The position numbers were made by a program, and so were the translations under genes. DNA of 64,000 nt. Source: a virus (lineage: Duplodnaviria; Caudoviricetes). The notes under the pieces were generated by a model. It did not search any database and was not told the origin of the DNA. It worked only from the letters and a program-made list of their open reading frames with translations. The DNA is taken from the IMG/VR virus record IMGVR_UViG_3300016744_000001, one strand, 5' to 3'. This document shows, one piece after another, positions 19,837 to 30,345 of this stretch; positions within the stretch are counted from its first letter, which is position 1, and each line of letters opens with the position of its first letter.

Positions 19837-20478
19837 ATGAGCATTATGGCAGTTAACCTTGCAAGCAATGTTGAAATTAATTTTGCTGCTGGCACAATTT
19901 CGTTGTTCAACAAAGCGGAAGCTCACCTGGTGAAGGATGCAAAAATCCTGAGCTATTTTCGAGTCGGTGCCTCTCGTGGAATAGTGGTGCAGCCTTTTGA
20001 AGATAGTGAGGCGGAAGCCAAGTTTATTATTCCGGAAGAAATTGCGATCATGCATGACCCTGAGAACTATCCGGAGGAGTGGATCTACCCCAGAAACAAG
20101 TTTGAGTTCTCACCTGGTTCTTGGGATTCCATGGTCATCATGCACATTGTTGATGTTAATGTGCACTCGGTCAACGGCGGCGAGTTTGACATCTCCTTCG
20201 AAGGTAATGGTCATCTCTATCCCAAAGTCACTTGCACGGGTGCAATGATCAACGGAGAGACCCTTTTCTTCATCCCGAAGAGACACCGCTATGAAAAGCC
20301 CAGTCTCTTGATGGTTTATTCTCTGGTCGCTGAGCAGGAGAAAAGTCTCTTGGAGCAGTTGCAAGTTCCTGATCTGGTGAAAACAGAATTGCTCCATCGA
20401 TGGAAGCTCAAGCAGGAAGAACTTGACCTAAGCTACACTCAGGTGGATAACCCTGAAGAGGCAAAAGCTGATGAGTGA
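19837..20478 (+). CDS. hypothetical protein, paralog family B
   Basis: AGGAGG RBS; HLYPKVTCTGAMINGETLFFIP...LLEQLQVP. Confidence 0.7.
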   Translation: MSIMAVNLASNVEINFAAGTISLFNKAEAHLVKDAKILSYFRVGASRGIVVQPFEDSEAEAKFIIPEEIAIMHDPENYPEEWIYPRNKFEFSPGSWDSMVIMHIVDVNVHSVNGGEFDISFEGNGHLYPKVTCTGAMINGETLFFIPKRHRYEKPSLLMVYSLVAEQEKSLLEQLQVPDLVKTELLHRWKLKQEELDLSYTQVDNPEEAKADE

Positions 20479-20797
20479 CATGACCGCTTTTGAAAAGCAT
20501 TTGTCAGGCAAGATCATCAGCATCTATGATGTTGAGATTACCGTGGTGCAACGTGATCATTTCTTTGCGACGTTCACACATCACGATCACATTTACAGTT
20601 CGGTGGAGTGCAAACATTTGTTCATGCGTGGAGATCTTCTCTACCTTGTTCCAATAACGTCATCCACTCCAACCGATCCGGTCTTTGAAGCGAAGCATTT
20701 GCTTTCAACTCAAAGCAAAGGGATCATTGATCAGTTGGCTTACCCTGCGCAACTGAAAGAACGAATCAAGAACATGATCGAGCATCAGTTGTATTAG
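20471..20797 (+). CDS. hypothetical protein, paralog family B
   Basis: HIYSSVECKHLFMRGDLLYLVP...IIDQLAYP. Confidence 0.7.
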   Translation: MSDMTAFEKHLSGKIISIYDVEITVVQRDHFFATFTHHDHIYSSVECKHLFMRGDLLYLVPITSSTPTDPVFEAKHLLSTQSKGIIDQLAYPAQLKERIKNMIEHQLY

Positions 20798-20813
20798 GTT
20801 TCTAAATGACATC

Positions 20814-20845
20814 ACACAGCTGGAGGGATGCCCCTCCAGCTGTGT
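20814..20845 (+). terminator. 14-bp stem hairpin
   Basis: acacagctggaggg-atgc-ccctccagctgtgt followed by ttctt. Confidence 0.7.
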
Positions 20846-20925
20846 TTCTTATGATATTTATTTTTTGTCAGTAAACCACGAATATTGTGTGGTCTTTTAG
20901 TCTAATCTATCTAAGAGGTATATCC

Positions 20926-23760
20926 ATGGCTACTTCCGTATCCAACGTCTCTTCAGAAAAAGAGCAGATGATCGCTGCTAACATCAATTTGTACCTCTTT
21001 CAAAACGTTTGGAATGAGACACAGCGGTCGCTTCGGAATAACATTCTTCCACAATTGCTAAACACCCGAACGTACAACGGGTCGGTGATGCTGTATGGCA
21101 ATTCAACACCGTTGCCGAACGATACTGATTCTTTCTATCTGTTTGCGGTTGCCAGAAGTGCTGCACCTGGTCTTCAATGGCCAAAGCGATTGGTCAATGC
21201 TTGGGTCTCCACTCAGGACTTGATCAATGAAGACAATATCTTGCTTGACACCTATCACATTCATGGAAAGATGTTGAACAAGAAGGACGTCTATGTGTAC
21301 AAACTGCCCAATGAATACGGATTCATCGTGGCCGTGAACAAGAAGATGTCTGCAAAGATCATCCCTCACACAGAGATGACCAACATTCGATTTACTGTCT
21401 ACTATGATCCGGATATCCCGAATAACATCTACGTCACTGGCTACACTGTTCCCACCACGGATGGTAGCTTTGTCGTCAGATCAGAAATCTGGAATAAATA
21501 CCAGTCATACAAAACGGTGCCCGTTGGGGGCAATGTCCCTACCGTGATGATGTTTATTAATGGTGTCGAAACTGTTCCAGTGGATATGACATCCATCCCC
21601 ACTGGTTCAATTGTTGACATCCACGCTGACTACAACGTCACTTGTGACATTACGATCGACTTGTCAAATCCAGTGTTGAATGCTGCATTCTTCAGTGACA
21701 TGGATAAAGTGTACAAACAGATCGTGCACATCCCCAAGTTGAACAATCCGAACCATTACGTCATGACCCACAATGCCATGGAGATCTACGTCAGGAAACG
21801 CAATCCTGAGGCAGATGGAACATATCAAGGTCTCTATCTCCATCGGTGTGCTGAACGGTCAGTGACTCAGATCACACATCAAGACATCGGTATCCCCTTG
21901 TACATCTTGGATGCATATCGGGATTACCTTGGGACATCTGAAATCGTTCTGCATGTTTACTGGCGGCAACATGATGCTCCGAATGTCCTAATCAGAGACA
22001 AGAACTACATCGACCTCTTGTACTACAATTCTCATATTGACCAAGAGATCATCGGTTACCTGTCAGGGCAACACCAATGGTCAGAGGCATTGCCATTTTG
22101 GAAAGCCTCAAACCTTGAGCAGTCAGAGTACATCAAGATGTTCTTTGACATCCCTGACACGGTGACTCCGAGCAACATGACGTATTACATTGAGGCTCTC
22201 GGTTATTATAACGTCATGTGTTTGCTCTGCAAGCACATTCACCGAACCAAGATCACTGACTGGTATCAAGGTGGGTATTCCTTCCCTAAACCATTGGTGT
22301 ATCAAGGTGCTCCAGTAGCTGCGTTGGTCTACGGAGATGGGAAGAAACTCCCTGAGGCACAGGTCACTGTCAAGAATGATGATGACTTTTACGCAACCAT
22401 TGCAGTGCCCACTGCTACTCCAATTGGGACTGACATCGCAGTAGAGATGTACCTTGATGGCAACAAGAAAGTGTACGGAATCACACCTGATGTTGGCTCA
22501 ACACTTTTGGTGATTCCACCTACAGAGTACATCATCGTTGAAGAAGTTGATTGTCCTGTGGAGACCAACCAATACGATCAGACATCAACAAAAGGATACA
22601 TTGAGTTCACCAAATTCGCAGGGAACATCGTCAAGACGACTTTGCCCGATGGGAACTATCAGTTGTCCTTTGGTCCTTCGATGTTTGGCCGTCGGTTCTT
22701 TGTCATGCCGAAACCAAGAGTTCGGTATTGGTCAACCACTGACAACCCAGAAGACTTTGACATCCAAACAAAGATGGAAAACGGTGACCCCTTGTTCTTC
22801 CCGTTGAGAACCAAGGTCGGTTACCGTTTTGTCAATAACGTCCTGACGTATGTTGATGAGTACATTCCTGAATGGGAAACCTCAGCAATGTTAGTCTTCT
22901 TGAACGGACGTTACCTGATCAGAGACCTTGACTACACGATCCAAGATGTCAAGAATTACAATGGTCAAACAGCCATGAAGATCCTTGTCATCCAAAACTT
23001 ATCGTACCTTGAAACGACTGGTAACAATCTTGAGGTGTACAGTACCTCAGCATCAATCGAAAATTGTGAACGCGGTTATGTGAGTGACCGCAGAGATCTG
23101 GATGCTCTCACTGGTGGTTCTGAGTTGGAGGATGCTCCCATCATTATTGCTGGTGTGATGACAGACAACCGGACGTTCATTTATAACCCCAGTACCACAA
23201 TGATCCATGTGAATGGGTACTTTAGCCCAGCCATTGTTCATGGCAATAGCTTGAGCATGGACCCCACATGGTTGCGACCATGGAGTACTGGTCAGGCAAT
23301 CGAGGTCAAAACAGCTGTGCCGTATTTCATCAGTGACTATCTGAAGAAGTACCACAGCAATGACGACTTTGAACGGATTGAGCTACTGAATAAATACTTC
23401 TACAACCGTGACCTTCGACTGCCTAGCAAGATCGTCATCAGTCAATCGCACTTACTGTACTCAGTTTACACTGCGACAGTACTGCGTGATGTGTTGCAGA
23501 AGAAGAACTTGCAGCTGTCGCTTGATCCAGATACCCGAAGGATGTACGACCAACTTACGTCTTATGCGTATCTGAAGGACATGGATCTGGTCACCAATGT
23601 CAAGGTCGATCTGACTTATGTTGATGGGTATCCCCATTACAAACAGTTGGTTGCCCCTGACAAGGTGACGTATGATTTGCTGTATGCTCTGATGCGAATT
23701 ACCATGCCAGCAGACGACATCATCTCTGACAAAAAAGATATCAACTTGGTTTCCCCGTAA
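20926..23760 (+). CDS. large virion structural/baseplate protein (phiKZ gp27-like)
   Basis: About 944 aa; QNVWNE, FINGVE, WKASNLEQSEY, LGYYN, VFLNGRYLIRDLDY motifs; order relative to the gp28-like and gp26-like genes. Confidence 0.65.
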   Translation: MATSVSNVSSEKEQMIAANINLYLFQNVWNETQRSLRNNILPQLLNTRTYNGSVMLYGNSTPLPNDTDSFYLFAVARSAAPGLQWPKRLVNAWVSTQDLINEDNILLDTYHIHGKMLNKKDVYVYKLPNEYGFIVAVNKKMSAKIIPHTEMTNIRFTVYYDPDIPNNIYVTGYTVPTTDGSFVVRSEIWNKYQSYKTVPVGGNVPTVMMFINGVETVPVDMTSIPTGSIVDIHADYNVTCDITIDLSNPVLNAAFFSDMDKVYKQIVHIPKLNNPNHYVMTHNAMEIYVRKRNPEADGTYQGLYLHRCAERSVTQITHQDIGIPLYILDAYRDYLGTSEIVLHVYWRQHDAPNVLIRDKNYIDLLYYNSHIDQEIIGYLSGQHQWSEALPFWKASNLEQSEYIKMFFDIPDTVTPSNMTYYIEALGYYNVMCLLCKHIHRTKITDWYQGGYSFPKPLVYQGAPVAALVYGDGKKLPEAQVTVKNDDDFYATIAVPTATPIGTDIAVEMYLDGNKKVYGITPDVGSTLLVIPPTEYIIVEEVDCPVETNQYDQTSTKGYIEFTKFAGNIVKTTLPDGNYQLSFGPSMFGRRFFVMPKPRVRYWSTTDNPEDFDIQTKMENGDPLFFPLRTKVGYRFVNNVLTYVDEYIPEWETSAMLVFLNGRYLIRDLDYTIQDVKNYNGQTAMKILVIQNLSYLETTGNNLEVYSTSASIENCERGYVSDRRDLDALTGGSELEDAPIIIAGVMTDNRTFIYNPSTTMIHVNGYFSPAIVHGNSLSMDPTWLRPWSTGQAIEVKTAVPYFISDYLKKYHSNDDFERIELLNKYFYNRDLRLPSKIVISQSHLLYSVYTATVLRDVLQKKNLQLSLDPDTRRMYDQLTSYAYLKDMDLVTNVKVDLTYVDGYPHYKQLVAPDKVTYDLLYALMRITMPADDIISDKKDINLVSP

Positions 23761-23764
23761 TCAC

Positions 23765-23798
23765 CAGTACTCCAGTGGGATATCCCACTGGAGTACTG
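23765..23798. repeat. 34-bp perfect palindrome sharing a 24-bp core with 17557
   Basis: cagtactccagtgggat|atcccactggagtactg. Confidence 0.9.
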
Positions 23799-23828
23799 TG
23801 AATGAACTTTTTCTCAGTCCTATATTAC
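23797..23828 (+). promoter_or_regulatory. early promoter
   Basis: TGTGAA at 23797 and TATATTAC at 23821. Confidence 0.7.
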
Positions 23829-23878
23829 ACAGTAGTTTCCTCATGGAAAACTTTCACTTGTAACGGAGGACTACTTGT

Positions 23879-24238
23879 ATGTTAGGAATTGATCGACCAT
23901 TCGAGCTGAGTGATCCTATATTTAGATCACTCAGCAGGGAAGAAGTGTATTTTGATACCCAGTGGTGCGACACTGAAACACAATGCACATTGGGAACTTG
24001 CCAGGTTGGAGACTTAGTTCTGCTCTCCAACTACGGTCTCAAAGTTTTCGAAGATAAGTTCTTCGAAGCAAACATGTATCCAGATGCTCCGATGAGAATC
24101 ATTAAGATGATTGCTTGTCGACCAAAGCATCTGGATGATCCACCACGTTGTTGGTGTCGTTGCGAACACCCATCTGGTCATGTTGTTAATTGTTCATTGG
24201 AACACCTCTCACCATTCAAAGTGAGTACGTATGCTTAG
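23879..24238 (+). CDS. hypothetical protein
   Basis: GGAGG RBS; 119 aa. Confidence 0.65.
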   Translation: MLGIDRPFELSDPIFRSLSREEVYFDTQWCDTETQCTLGTCQVGDLVLLSNYGLKVFEDKFFEANMYPDAPMRIIKMIACRPKHLDDPPRCWCRCEHPSGHVVNCSLEHLSPFKVSTYA

Positions 24239-24357
24239 TTATCCCGTAGTGGAGCAGAGATCGATCTACTCCACTACAAAGTAATTTTCTTTATCTTATC
24301 AGAGTTGAGTCGCTTAAAGCTTGATACTTACCACATCAACGTAACCGGAGGTTACAA

Positions 24358-25116
24358 ATGGTTATTGAAAAGAAGGTTAATGCCCCGATCTGTCTTGACT
24401 TGCACAAAGATCGGCATCTTCTTGTCACCAAGATACATGTCCTGCAGATTTCGAATGGAAGTAAGGTCCTTTTGAATCAGTTTGGAATGAATGTCCTGCG
24501 TGACTACTACCGAGACAATTCGACTCTGCAGAATCCAATCCTTGATCCATGTCAGTTGTTCACAGTGGAGTCAATTCATCTCGATCCGCTGGATGCTGAT
24601 CAACTGGCCAACCCTATTGTCAGAAACGACGGTAAATTGCAGTATGGTTACGCTGTGATCTCCGCCAATCCATTTGGTCAGAATTTTGAACTCACAATCA
24701 ACTTGGCATGCATTGATCCAGCGGCGGTGCACAATGTTGAACAGCATTACTACGTGATCGGCACCAGAAATACCCTTGTTGGGCATTACGCATATGTCGG
24801 TCGAGAATGCTGCGCTCCGTATTGCCGTCATCTTCAACTGGCAACAAGGTTTGCTACGTTTAAAGATGCTGTTGAGTTTTTACGTAAGAACTCAAAGGAC
24901 CCTGTACAACTTTCACCCAGCAAATCTTCTAACGTGGAGGCTGGTGGCTCACCACGATTAGGGCGCAACGGGCTTGCATACTACCATTTCGGTGATAGCA
25001 TTGAAGAAGGAACTTTTGAAATACTTGAGGTCCACACAAGCTTGGACCTCATCAAGTGTTTCAATGAATCCGACTTTGTCGAAGACAAACACCGATTTCA
25101 GCAGATGCTGAAGTAG
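24358..25116 (+). CDS. hypothetical protein, paralog family C
   Basis: LQISNGSKVLLNQFG...YVIGTRN. Confidence 0.7.
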   Translation: MVIEKKVNAPICLDLHKDRHLLVTKIHVLQISNGSKVLLNQFGMNVLRDYYRDNSTLQNPILDPCQLFTVESIHLDPLDADQLANPIVRNDGKLQYGYAVISANPFGQNFELTINLACIDPAAVHNVEQHYYVIGTRNTLVGHYAYVGRECCAPYCRHLQLATRFATFKDAVEFLRKNSKDPVQLSPSKSSNVEAGGSPRLGRNGLAYYHFGDSIEEGTFEILEVHTSLDLIKCFNESDFVEDKHRFQQMLK

Positions 25117-25169
25117 AAAACTAACTCGTTGAACATTCAGAACTTCTGGCAATGTCTCTTGGAGGAAAC

Positions 25170-25790
25170 ATGGAAACTGTTAATATCAATATTGAGCTTG
25201 ATCGTGAGCTGCTTGCCAGCTGGAACCATGTCTTGCAGATCAGCCCTGGTCGCAAGGTCATCTTGAACAAGATTGGCCGTGACCAGATGGATATGCATTT
25301 TGCCAATGCCTTGTCACCGCATCATCAGTGGTTTGACCCTGAAACGATTTTCATGGTTCAATCCATGAACGTCCCTGAAATCCAGAAGGACCAGCGTCTT
25401 AAGCAGTCTGGTTACAAAGAAGGGGACTTGCGGTTTGGTCATGTCAATCTGATCGGCACTTATAAAAACATGACCATCCACCTGCAGATCAACATCGCTG
25501 GTGTGGAGCCAGTCGAACGGCATTGCGTTGAGCGGTGTCAGTACGTGATCGGCTGGCGCAATGCTGATGCTGGATGCTACACCTACCTTGGTGGCGGTCA
25601 TGCGCGTCATCCGTCTTTTACAGTTGACATCATGGGAGCTTACTTCTTCAGCACCGCGACGTCTGCTTTGGAATACAGTCATCAATGTGCCGACTTGAAG
25701 GACCAGGTGATTGAGATCATCGAGGTCATTTCCAAAAGCAATGTGGTCATCGTTGCTGACCCCAAGCTCACGGAATTGAACAACATTTAA
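25170..25790 (+). CDS. hypothetical protein, paralog family C
   Basis: GGAGG RBS; LQISPGRKVILNKIG...YVIGWRN. Confidence 0.7.
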   Translation: METVNINIELDRELLASWNHVLQISPGRKVILNKIGRDQMDMHFANALSPHHQWFDPETIFMVQSMNVPEIQKDQRLKQSGYKEGDLRFGHVNLIGTYKNMTIHLQINIAGVEPVERHCVERCQYVIGWRNADAGCYTYLGGGHARHPSFTVDIMGAYFFSTATSALEYSHQCADLKDQVIEIIEVISKSNVVIVADPKLTELNNI

Positions 25791-25810
25791 ACCAGATTTT
25801 GGAGGGCAAC

Positions 25811-26152
25811 ATGGAATTTAAAGCTACTGAAGAGCAGGTGTGGGAAATCATGACCAATGCCATCAACGCCAGCAGTCCTGCTGGCATGGGCTTCTTCCAC
25901 TTTGAAAACAAAGACTACACCGTGGAAGAAGTCAAAGCCAACCTGGCGGTAGACGGTTACGGCCGTCCGCAGAAAAACGAAGTCTACGCCGACTACTTTG
26001 CCGGCCGCATGGTGAAGCTCAACATCCGTCGGGTGAGCGATGGCGTCTGGGGAATGAATGACGAGTTCCGCGACGACTATCAGAGCTTCTGCCACAAATA
26101 CCCCACACCGCTGGATCTGATCGCCTCTGTTTCTGGTGTTGACCTGGTTTAA
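25811..26152 (+). CDS. phage hypothetical protein
   Basis: GGAGGG RBS; GMGFFHF...DYFAGRMVKL. Confidence 0.7.
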   Translation: MEFKATEEQVWEIMTNAINASSPAGMGFFHFENKDYTVEEVKANLAVDGYGRPQKNEVYADYFAGRMVKLNIRRVSDGVWGMNDEFRDDYQSFCHKYPTPLDLIASVSGVDLV

Positions 26153-26165
26153 CCTTTAACCAAAA

Positions 26166-26660
26166 GTGAGCAAACTCATGTCTTATTGTGAAGCTGACAA
26201 ATTGTCTCTTGAAGCCAAGAACGTCCTGATCGGTCACCGTCTCCGCTTGAATGGTGCCAATGGTATTAACTTTACCCTCAACGGCATGCCCGGGCTGTGG
26301 ATGTCTGAAATCGACATCACCTTCCAGCTTCCCGATGAAGTGGAAGGCGAACAATCCCGCCGCAGCTATCTGGCGAACGCGCTGATGTGCATCAACGTGG
26401 TACCGTACGAAAACCAGTCGCCGTTTGAACACGGCACTGACAAGATCAAGAAAGCCTTGGTCGATATCGCCACGACCATCCGTGACGACGAAGAATTCCG
26501 TTTCACGGACAACTACTGCTGGACCATCAGTGGGCATTTCCCGCTTGAAAACGAATTCGCCATCCAACGGGCTGCCCCGGATTTCTTCGGCACAGTACTG
26601 CTTACCCCGGTCTTCCGCAGCGGTGACCCTGTCACACACACGATCTCACTCGACGACTAA
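26166..26660 (+). CDS. hypothetical protein
   Basis: ORF with biased codon usage, followed by a hairpin at 26667-26697. Confidence 0.65.
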   Translation: MSKLMSYCEADKLSLEAKNVLIGHRLRLNGANGINFTLNGMPGLWMSEIDITFQLPDEVEGEQSRRSYLANALMCINVVPYENQSPFEHGTDKIKKALVDIATTIRDDEEFRFTDNYCWTISGHFPLENEFAIQRAAPDFFGTVLLTPVFRSGDPVTHTISLDD

Positions 26661-26768
26661 CGGCATCTGGTACCCGGGGAAATTCCCCGGGTACCAGGAT
26701 TAAGTAAAGATCAGATTACTTTTGATGAGAATCGAATAATGCATGGTTCTCGTTAAAGAAGGAGCACT

Positions 26769-27377
26769 ATGGTGACAATCTTTGAGTACATGGTTACTGA
26801 AACGTCCCCAACTTGTGTCGGTTATTTGATTGAACTGGTTTCGAAACAGAAAAAAGTTCGGTTCCGTCATGAGAAGTTTATGCAGGTTCATGATGGTGGT
26901 TCCACAGTTGAGCTCATGTGTGCTAGTCCAAAGTCAGTCCAGACCATTAAAGGATTGTGCAATGAGCTTGATTGTGAACTTGGTGAGGTTGAATTTTCTC
27001 ACCACGATGGCTATACTGAAATCGCCGAATTTGTGGCGCAATGGCCGAAATTTGTTGAGTTGATAATTCAAACAGTCGCTGGGCAATCACTGGACTTCCG
27101 TCGGCAAGCAACCTTCAGTGCGAACATCTTGTCTAAGAAAACTCCGGATACGGTTTACTCCGTCTTAGTAGATTCCATCTACGTCACAATTAAACCGATC
27201 TTCGATATCGTCGCACATCCACTTGGTCAGCAGAGTTGCGAACTTACTCGCAATTGCAAATGTTGTGATCGCCGGTTCACTCCCAAAAACCGAAAAGGGG
27301 TTTATTGCTCAGACAAGTGTCGTCTTAAGGATTATCGTCAAAATCACTCACGGAGTAAAAATGAAGACGAAAATTAA
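26769..27377 (+). CDS. hypothetical protein with C-terminal zinc finger (CGNR-like)
   Basis: CKCCDRRF...YCSDKCRLKDYRQ. Confidence 0.7.
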   Translation: MVTIFEYMVTETSPTCVGYLIELVSKQKKVRFRHEKFMQVHDGGSTVELMCASPKSVQTIKGLCNELDCELGEVEFSHHDGYTEIAEFVAQWPKFVELIIQTVAGQSLDFRRQATFSANILSKKTPDTVYSVLVDSIYVTIKPIFDIVAHPLGQQSCELTRNCKCCDRRFTPKNRKGVYCSDKCRLKDYRQNHSRSKNEDEN

Positions 27378-27708
27378 CGCGTACTGTCCGGAATGTCACG
27401 TGTCCATTGGCATGCCTCATTTGGATGGTTGTGACATTGCTCAGTGTCACAACTGCGGTGGTCAGCGACTCACTTGTCAGTGTGAAGATTCTGGCACGGA
27501 TGTTTGGACTGGGTATTCCCCTGGTGTTAAAGAAGCAGAAGAGTATCACTTCTTCTGTAAAATTGGAAAAATCTCAGTTGGGTTGGGAGCAATTCATGTT
27601 CCGGTTGCTTGTCCGTTTGACGACCCTGATGCCGAAGCTGATGTCAACCAAATGAAACGAAGTTGCGTTTGGGACAAAGACAAGAAACGTTTCATTAAAC
27701 CGGTCTAA
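27361..27708 (+). CDS. Cys-rich zinc-binding protein
   Basis: GGAG RBS; CPECHV...HLDGCDIAQCHNCGGQRLTCQC. Confidence 0.7.
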   Translation: MKTKINAYCPECHVSIGMPHLDGCDIAQCHNCGGQRLTCQCEDSGTDVWTGYSPGVKEAEEYHFFCKIGKISVGLGAIHVPVACPFDDPDAEADVNQMKRSCVWDKDKKRFIKPV

Positions 27709-27755
27709 CCGGATAAAGGGGGTTGAAATACCCCCTTTATTTTTTTGGAGTAGAC

Positions 27756-28265
27756 ATGTGGTATCCATCAAACACGATTGCTGGTTTCTTTGGTCCATAC
27801 AGATTCTTATCAAACTTTTATGCGGCACCACAATACACCGATGGTGTTTGGTGGCCAACAAACGAACATTACTTTCAGTTCAGGAAAGCAACAACTGATC
27901 TGGAATATTGGAAAGCGGAGATCCTGAAGAAAGAAAACGCCTCATGGGCGAAACACATTGGTTGTTACAAGATACCAATTCCAAGTAATTGGGCAGACAT
28001 CAAAGACGACTGTATGATTGAAGGATTGTACCGTAAGTTTAAAATCCCACGACTTCGGCAACTTTTGATTGATACTGCCCCACTTATTCTTATTGAAGAA
28101 AACAATTGGAATGATACCTATTGGGGCATGTGTCGTGGAAAAGGGCTTAATCGATTAGGTGAACTCTTGATGGAAGTCAGAGAAAATATACTCATGCAAG
28201 GAACCCACGATGAAGAGCACGAGGAAGCATCCAAGTATCACGATTTTTCCGCTGATGGATTTTGA
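27756..28265 (+). CDS. NADAR (YbiA-like) hydrolase
   Basis: FLSNFY, WPTNEHYFQ, LRQLLIDT...LIEENNWNDTYWG, GLNRLGELLMEVR. Confidence 0.9.
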   Translation: MWYPSNTIAGFFGPYRFLSNFYAAPQYTDGVWWPTNEHYFQFRKATTDLEYWKAEILKKENASWAKHIGCYKIPIPSNWADIKDDCMIEGLYRKFKIPRLRQLLIDTAPLILIEENNWNDTYWGMCRGKGLNRLGELLMEVRENILMQGTHDEEHEEASKYHDFSADGF

Positions 28266-29079
28266 TTTTGATAATCCAAAGATTTCTTCCAAACTTCAGG
28301 AATGGAGACAAGAACTTGATGGTGTTGATACCGAACTGACACTTGAAGAACTGAAACAGTGGAATGGTGTCAACATCATCGCACACAACAAACAGCACAT
28401 CGGTTGTGTTGGTTTGGTTGATGCTTTGCATGCCAATGAAGTTCAGTACCTCCACGGATTCGTGATCGACAAAAAATATCGTCAGCAAGGATTTGGTCGA
28501 CAAGCTTTGAAGCAAGTAATCAAATCAGCAAAAGCTTCTGGTTATAACTACCTGACTCTTGGGGTGGAGAAACGGAACCATGTCGCACTGAAGTTGTATT
28601 TGGACTTTGGTTTCTCTCCTACGGCAGAATCGCACTGGATCAATGCTCCAGCTCACACAATTGAGCAATTACCTTCCTGTTACAGTTTGATTAAACGACA
28701 ACGTGATCTGACAGATCAGTGGCACCGGAAACTTGATCACTACTACATGGAGCATCATCTCGACAAAACCCATGTTCCTGGGATACACAAGCCTGGTTTC
28801 TGGTGGCCACCGAATCAAAACTATCAGCAGCTGACCAAAGTCGATGACAATGGTTTTATCTTGGCCACCACTGGATTATACGTCTTTGAAGATCGAGTAT
28901 TGATTGACCATCCCTTGAGCGATCATGCCACTGACCTTGGTAGCTTGATTGAAACAGCACTTGGGCTGTATGCTCGTCAGACGAACATCTTCACTGACTA
29001 CAGGTTTAAGTACAACTGTGTCATCCATCAGTTTGGTACTCAACCCGATTGTTATTGCTTGGCGTTGCCATGTAAATGA
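28210..29079 (+). CDS. GNAT acetyltransferase with C-terminal extension
   Basis: FVIDKKYRQQGFGRQAL; NHVALKLYLDFGF. Confidence 0.8.
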   Translation: MKSTRKHPSITIFPLMDFDFDNPKISSKLQEWRQELDGVDTELTLEELKQWNGVNIIAHNKQHIGCVGLVDALHANEVQYLHGFVIDKKYRQQGFGRQALKQVIKSAKASGYNYLTLGVEKRNHVALKLYLDFGFSPTAESHWINAPAHTIEQLPSCYSLIKRQRDLTDQWHRKLDHYYMEHHLDKTHVPGIHKPGFWWPPNQNYQQLTKVDDNGFILATTGLYVFEDRVLIDHPLSDHATDLGSLIETALGLYARQTNIFTDYRFKYNCVIHQFGTQPDCYCLALPCK

Positions 29080-29155
29080 TTGGTTTACGGAACTATATTC
29101 CTACTCTGATCATTACGATCAATCAACAAAACTTATCCGAAAAGGAAGGGAACTT

Positions 29156-29587
29156 ATGAAAACTCTCATGCTGCTTATCGTGTCTGTGGTGCTGATGGCT
29201 TCCAATGCTTTTGCTTGGACTGACTACGAGAACATGTCTCCTGAACAGATCAGGAAGTTCCATCAGTTGTGTCCCTTTGGGGATGCGGTAATGGTAAACA
29301 AGGCTGATCCTAACAAGACGGCTGAGGTCGACTGCATCAACCTGGATAAGAACAAGTACGTCTGGATCACCTGGTCAGTGGTCGATGGTAAGAAAGTGTT
29401 CACCAGTTATCCCACTGACAAGTGGGATGCATTCACCATGGATTACCAACTGATCATTAAGGATGGTCAGTTATACAAGGAAAAGACGTACAACCGCCAG
29501 GAAGATATCGAGCGTCTGGACAAGATGATCAAAGATGCTGAAGCAGAACGCAAAGTATCGATGATGGTCGTCAGCCCGCTGTTCTAG
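29156..29587 (+). CDS. secreted hypothetical protein
   Basis: Signal peptide MKTLMLLIVSVVLMASNAFA with AxA site. Confidence 0.7.
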   Translation: MKTLMLLIVSVVLMASNAFAWTDYENMSPEQIRKFHQLCPFGDAVMVNKADPNKTAEVDCINLDKNKYVWITWSVVDGKKVFTSYPTDKWDAFTMDYQLIIKDGQLYKEKTYNRQEDIERLDKMIKDAEAERKVSMMVVSPLF

Positions 29588-29623
29588 GTTACAAAAAAAA
29601 ACAAACTCCGAAGGAGTCCTGCC

Positions 29624-30238
29624 ATGATCAGAGAGAACAAATTTTACACCGGAATTGGTGTTGCGGTTATTGCGATGTTCATCATGTTCCTTGTTGAGCA
29701 TAATGACAAAATCAACACGATGAATGAACTTGCTGCGCTTCAGGTCAAGTACGATAAACTGGAAAAGAAACCTCCAGTCGTCGTCTACAAGACACTTGGA
29801 CTTGAAGTCAGGAAAGCCAATTCCTCAGGAAAGATCGAGTTGTGGCAGAAAAACAAGAATCTGCTCAATGTCAAGAAACCACTCAACGCCCCAAAGTGGC
29901 TTGGGCAGATCGGCGTCGATCAATATGATCATGCTATCTTTGAAGACGAACGATACTCTGTTCGTGCTGGGGCATACGTCCTGCTCAAGTACTACCTTGA
30001 GTATGGACTGAATACCGTGGAACTGCTTGTCCCAAGATTTGCCCGGGGCAACAATGCGGAGTACATCACGTTCCTTTGTGATAAACTAAGGGTCAAGCCC
30101 AACGAACACATTAACGTGGTTGAGCGCTTGGCAGAATTCCTCCAATGCATGGTGCAGTTCGAATCTGGTCAAAAGATCAGGATCGAAGAATTTGTTGCCT
30201 TTGACGTGGCCAGTCGGGTGTACCGGCAGTACAAGTAA
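29624..30238 (+). CDS. membrane-anchored PM2 P5-like (lysozyme-like fold) protein
   Basis: N-terminal TM; NLLNVK...WLGQ...IF...VRAG..LLKY...GLNTVELLVPRFA..NN.EY...MVQFESG. Confidence 0.55.
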   Translation: MIRENKFYTGIGVAVIAMFIMFLVEHNDKINTMNELAALQVKYDKLEKKPPVVVYKTLGLEVRKANSSGKIELWQKNKNLLNVKKPLNAPKWLGQIGVDQYDHAIFEDERYSVRAGAYVLLKYYLEYGLNTVELLVPRFARGNNAEYITFLCDKLRVKPNEHINVVERLAEFLQCMVQFESGQKIRIEEFVAFDVASRVYRQYK

Positions 30239-30345
30239 AATAATGATAGCAGGGGGAGCATTACTCCCCCTGCTATCACCATCCTGGATACTTTTATTTT
30301 TTATCTGTTTAGCTGATTAGATAAACACAAATAAAGGAGCGTCTC

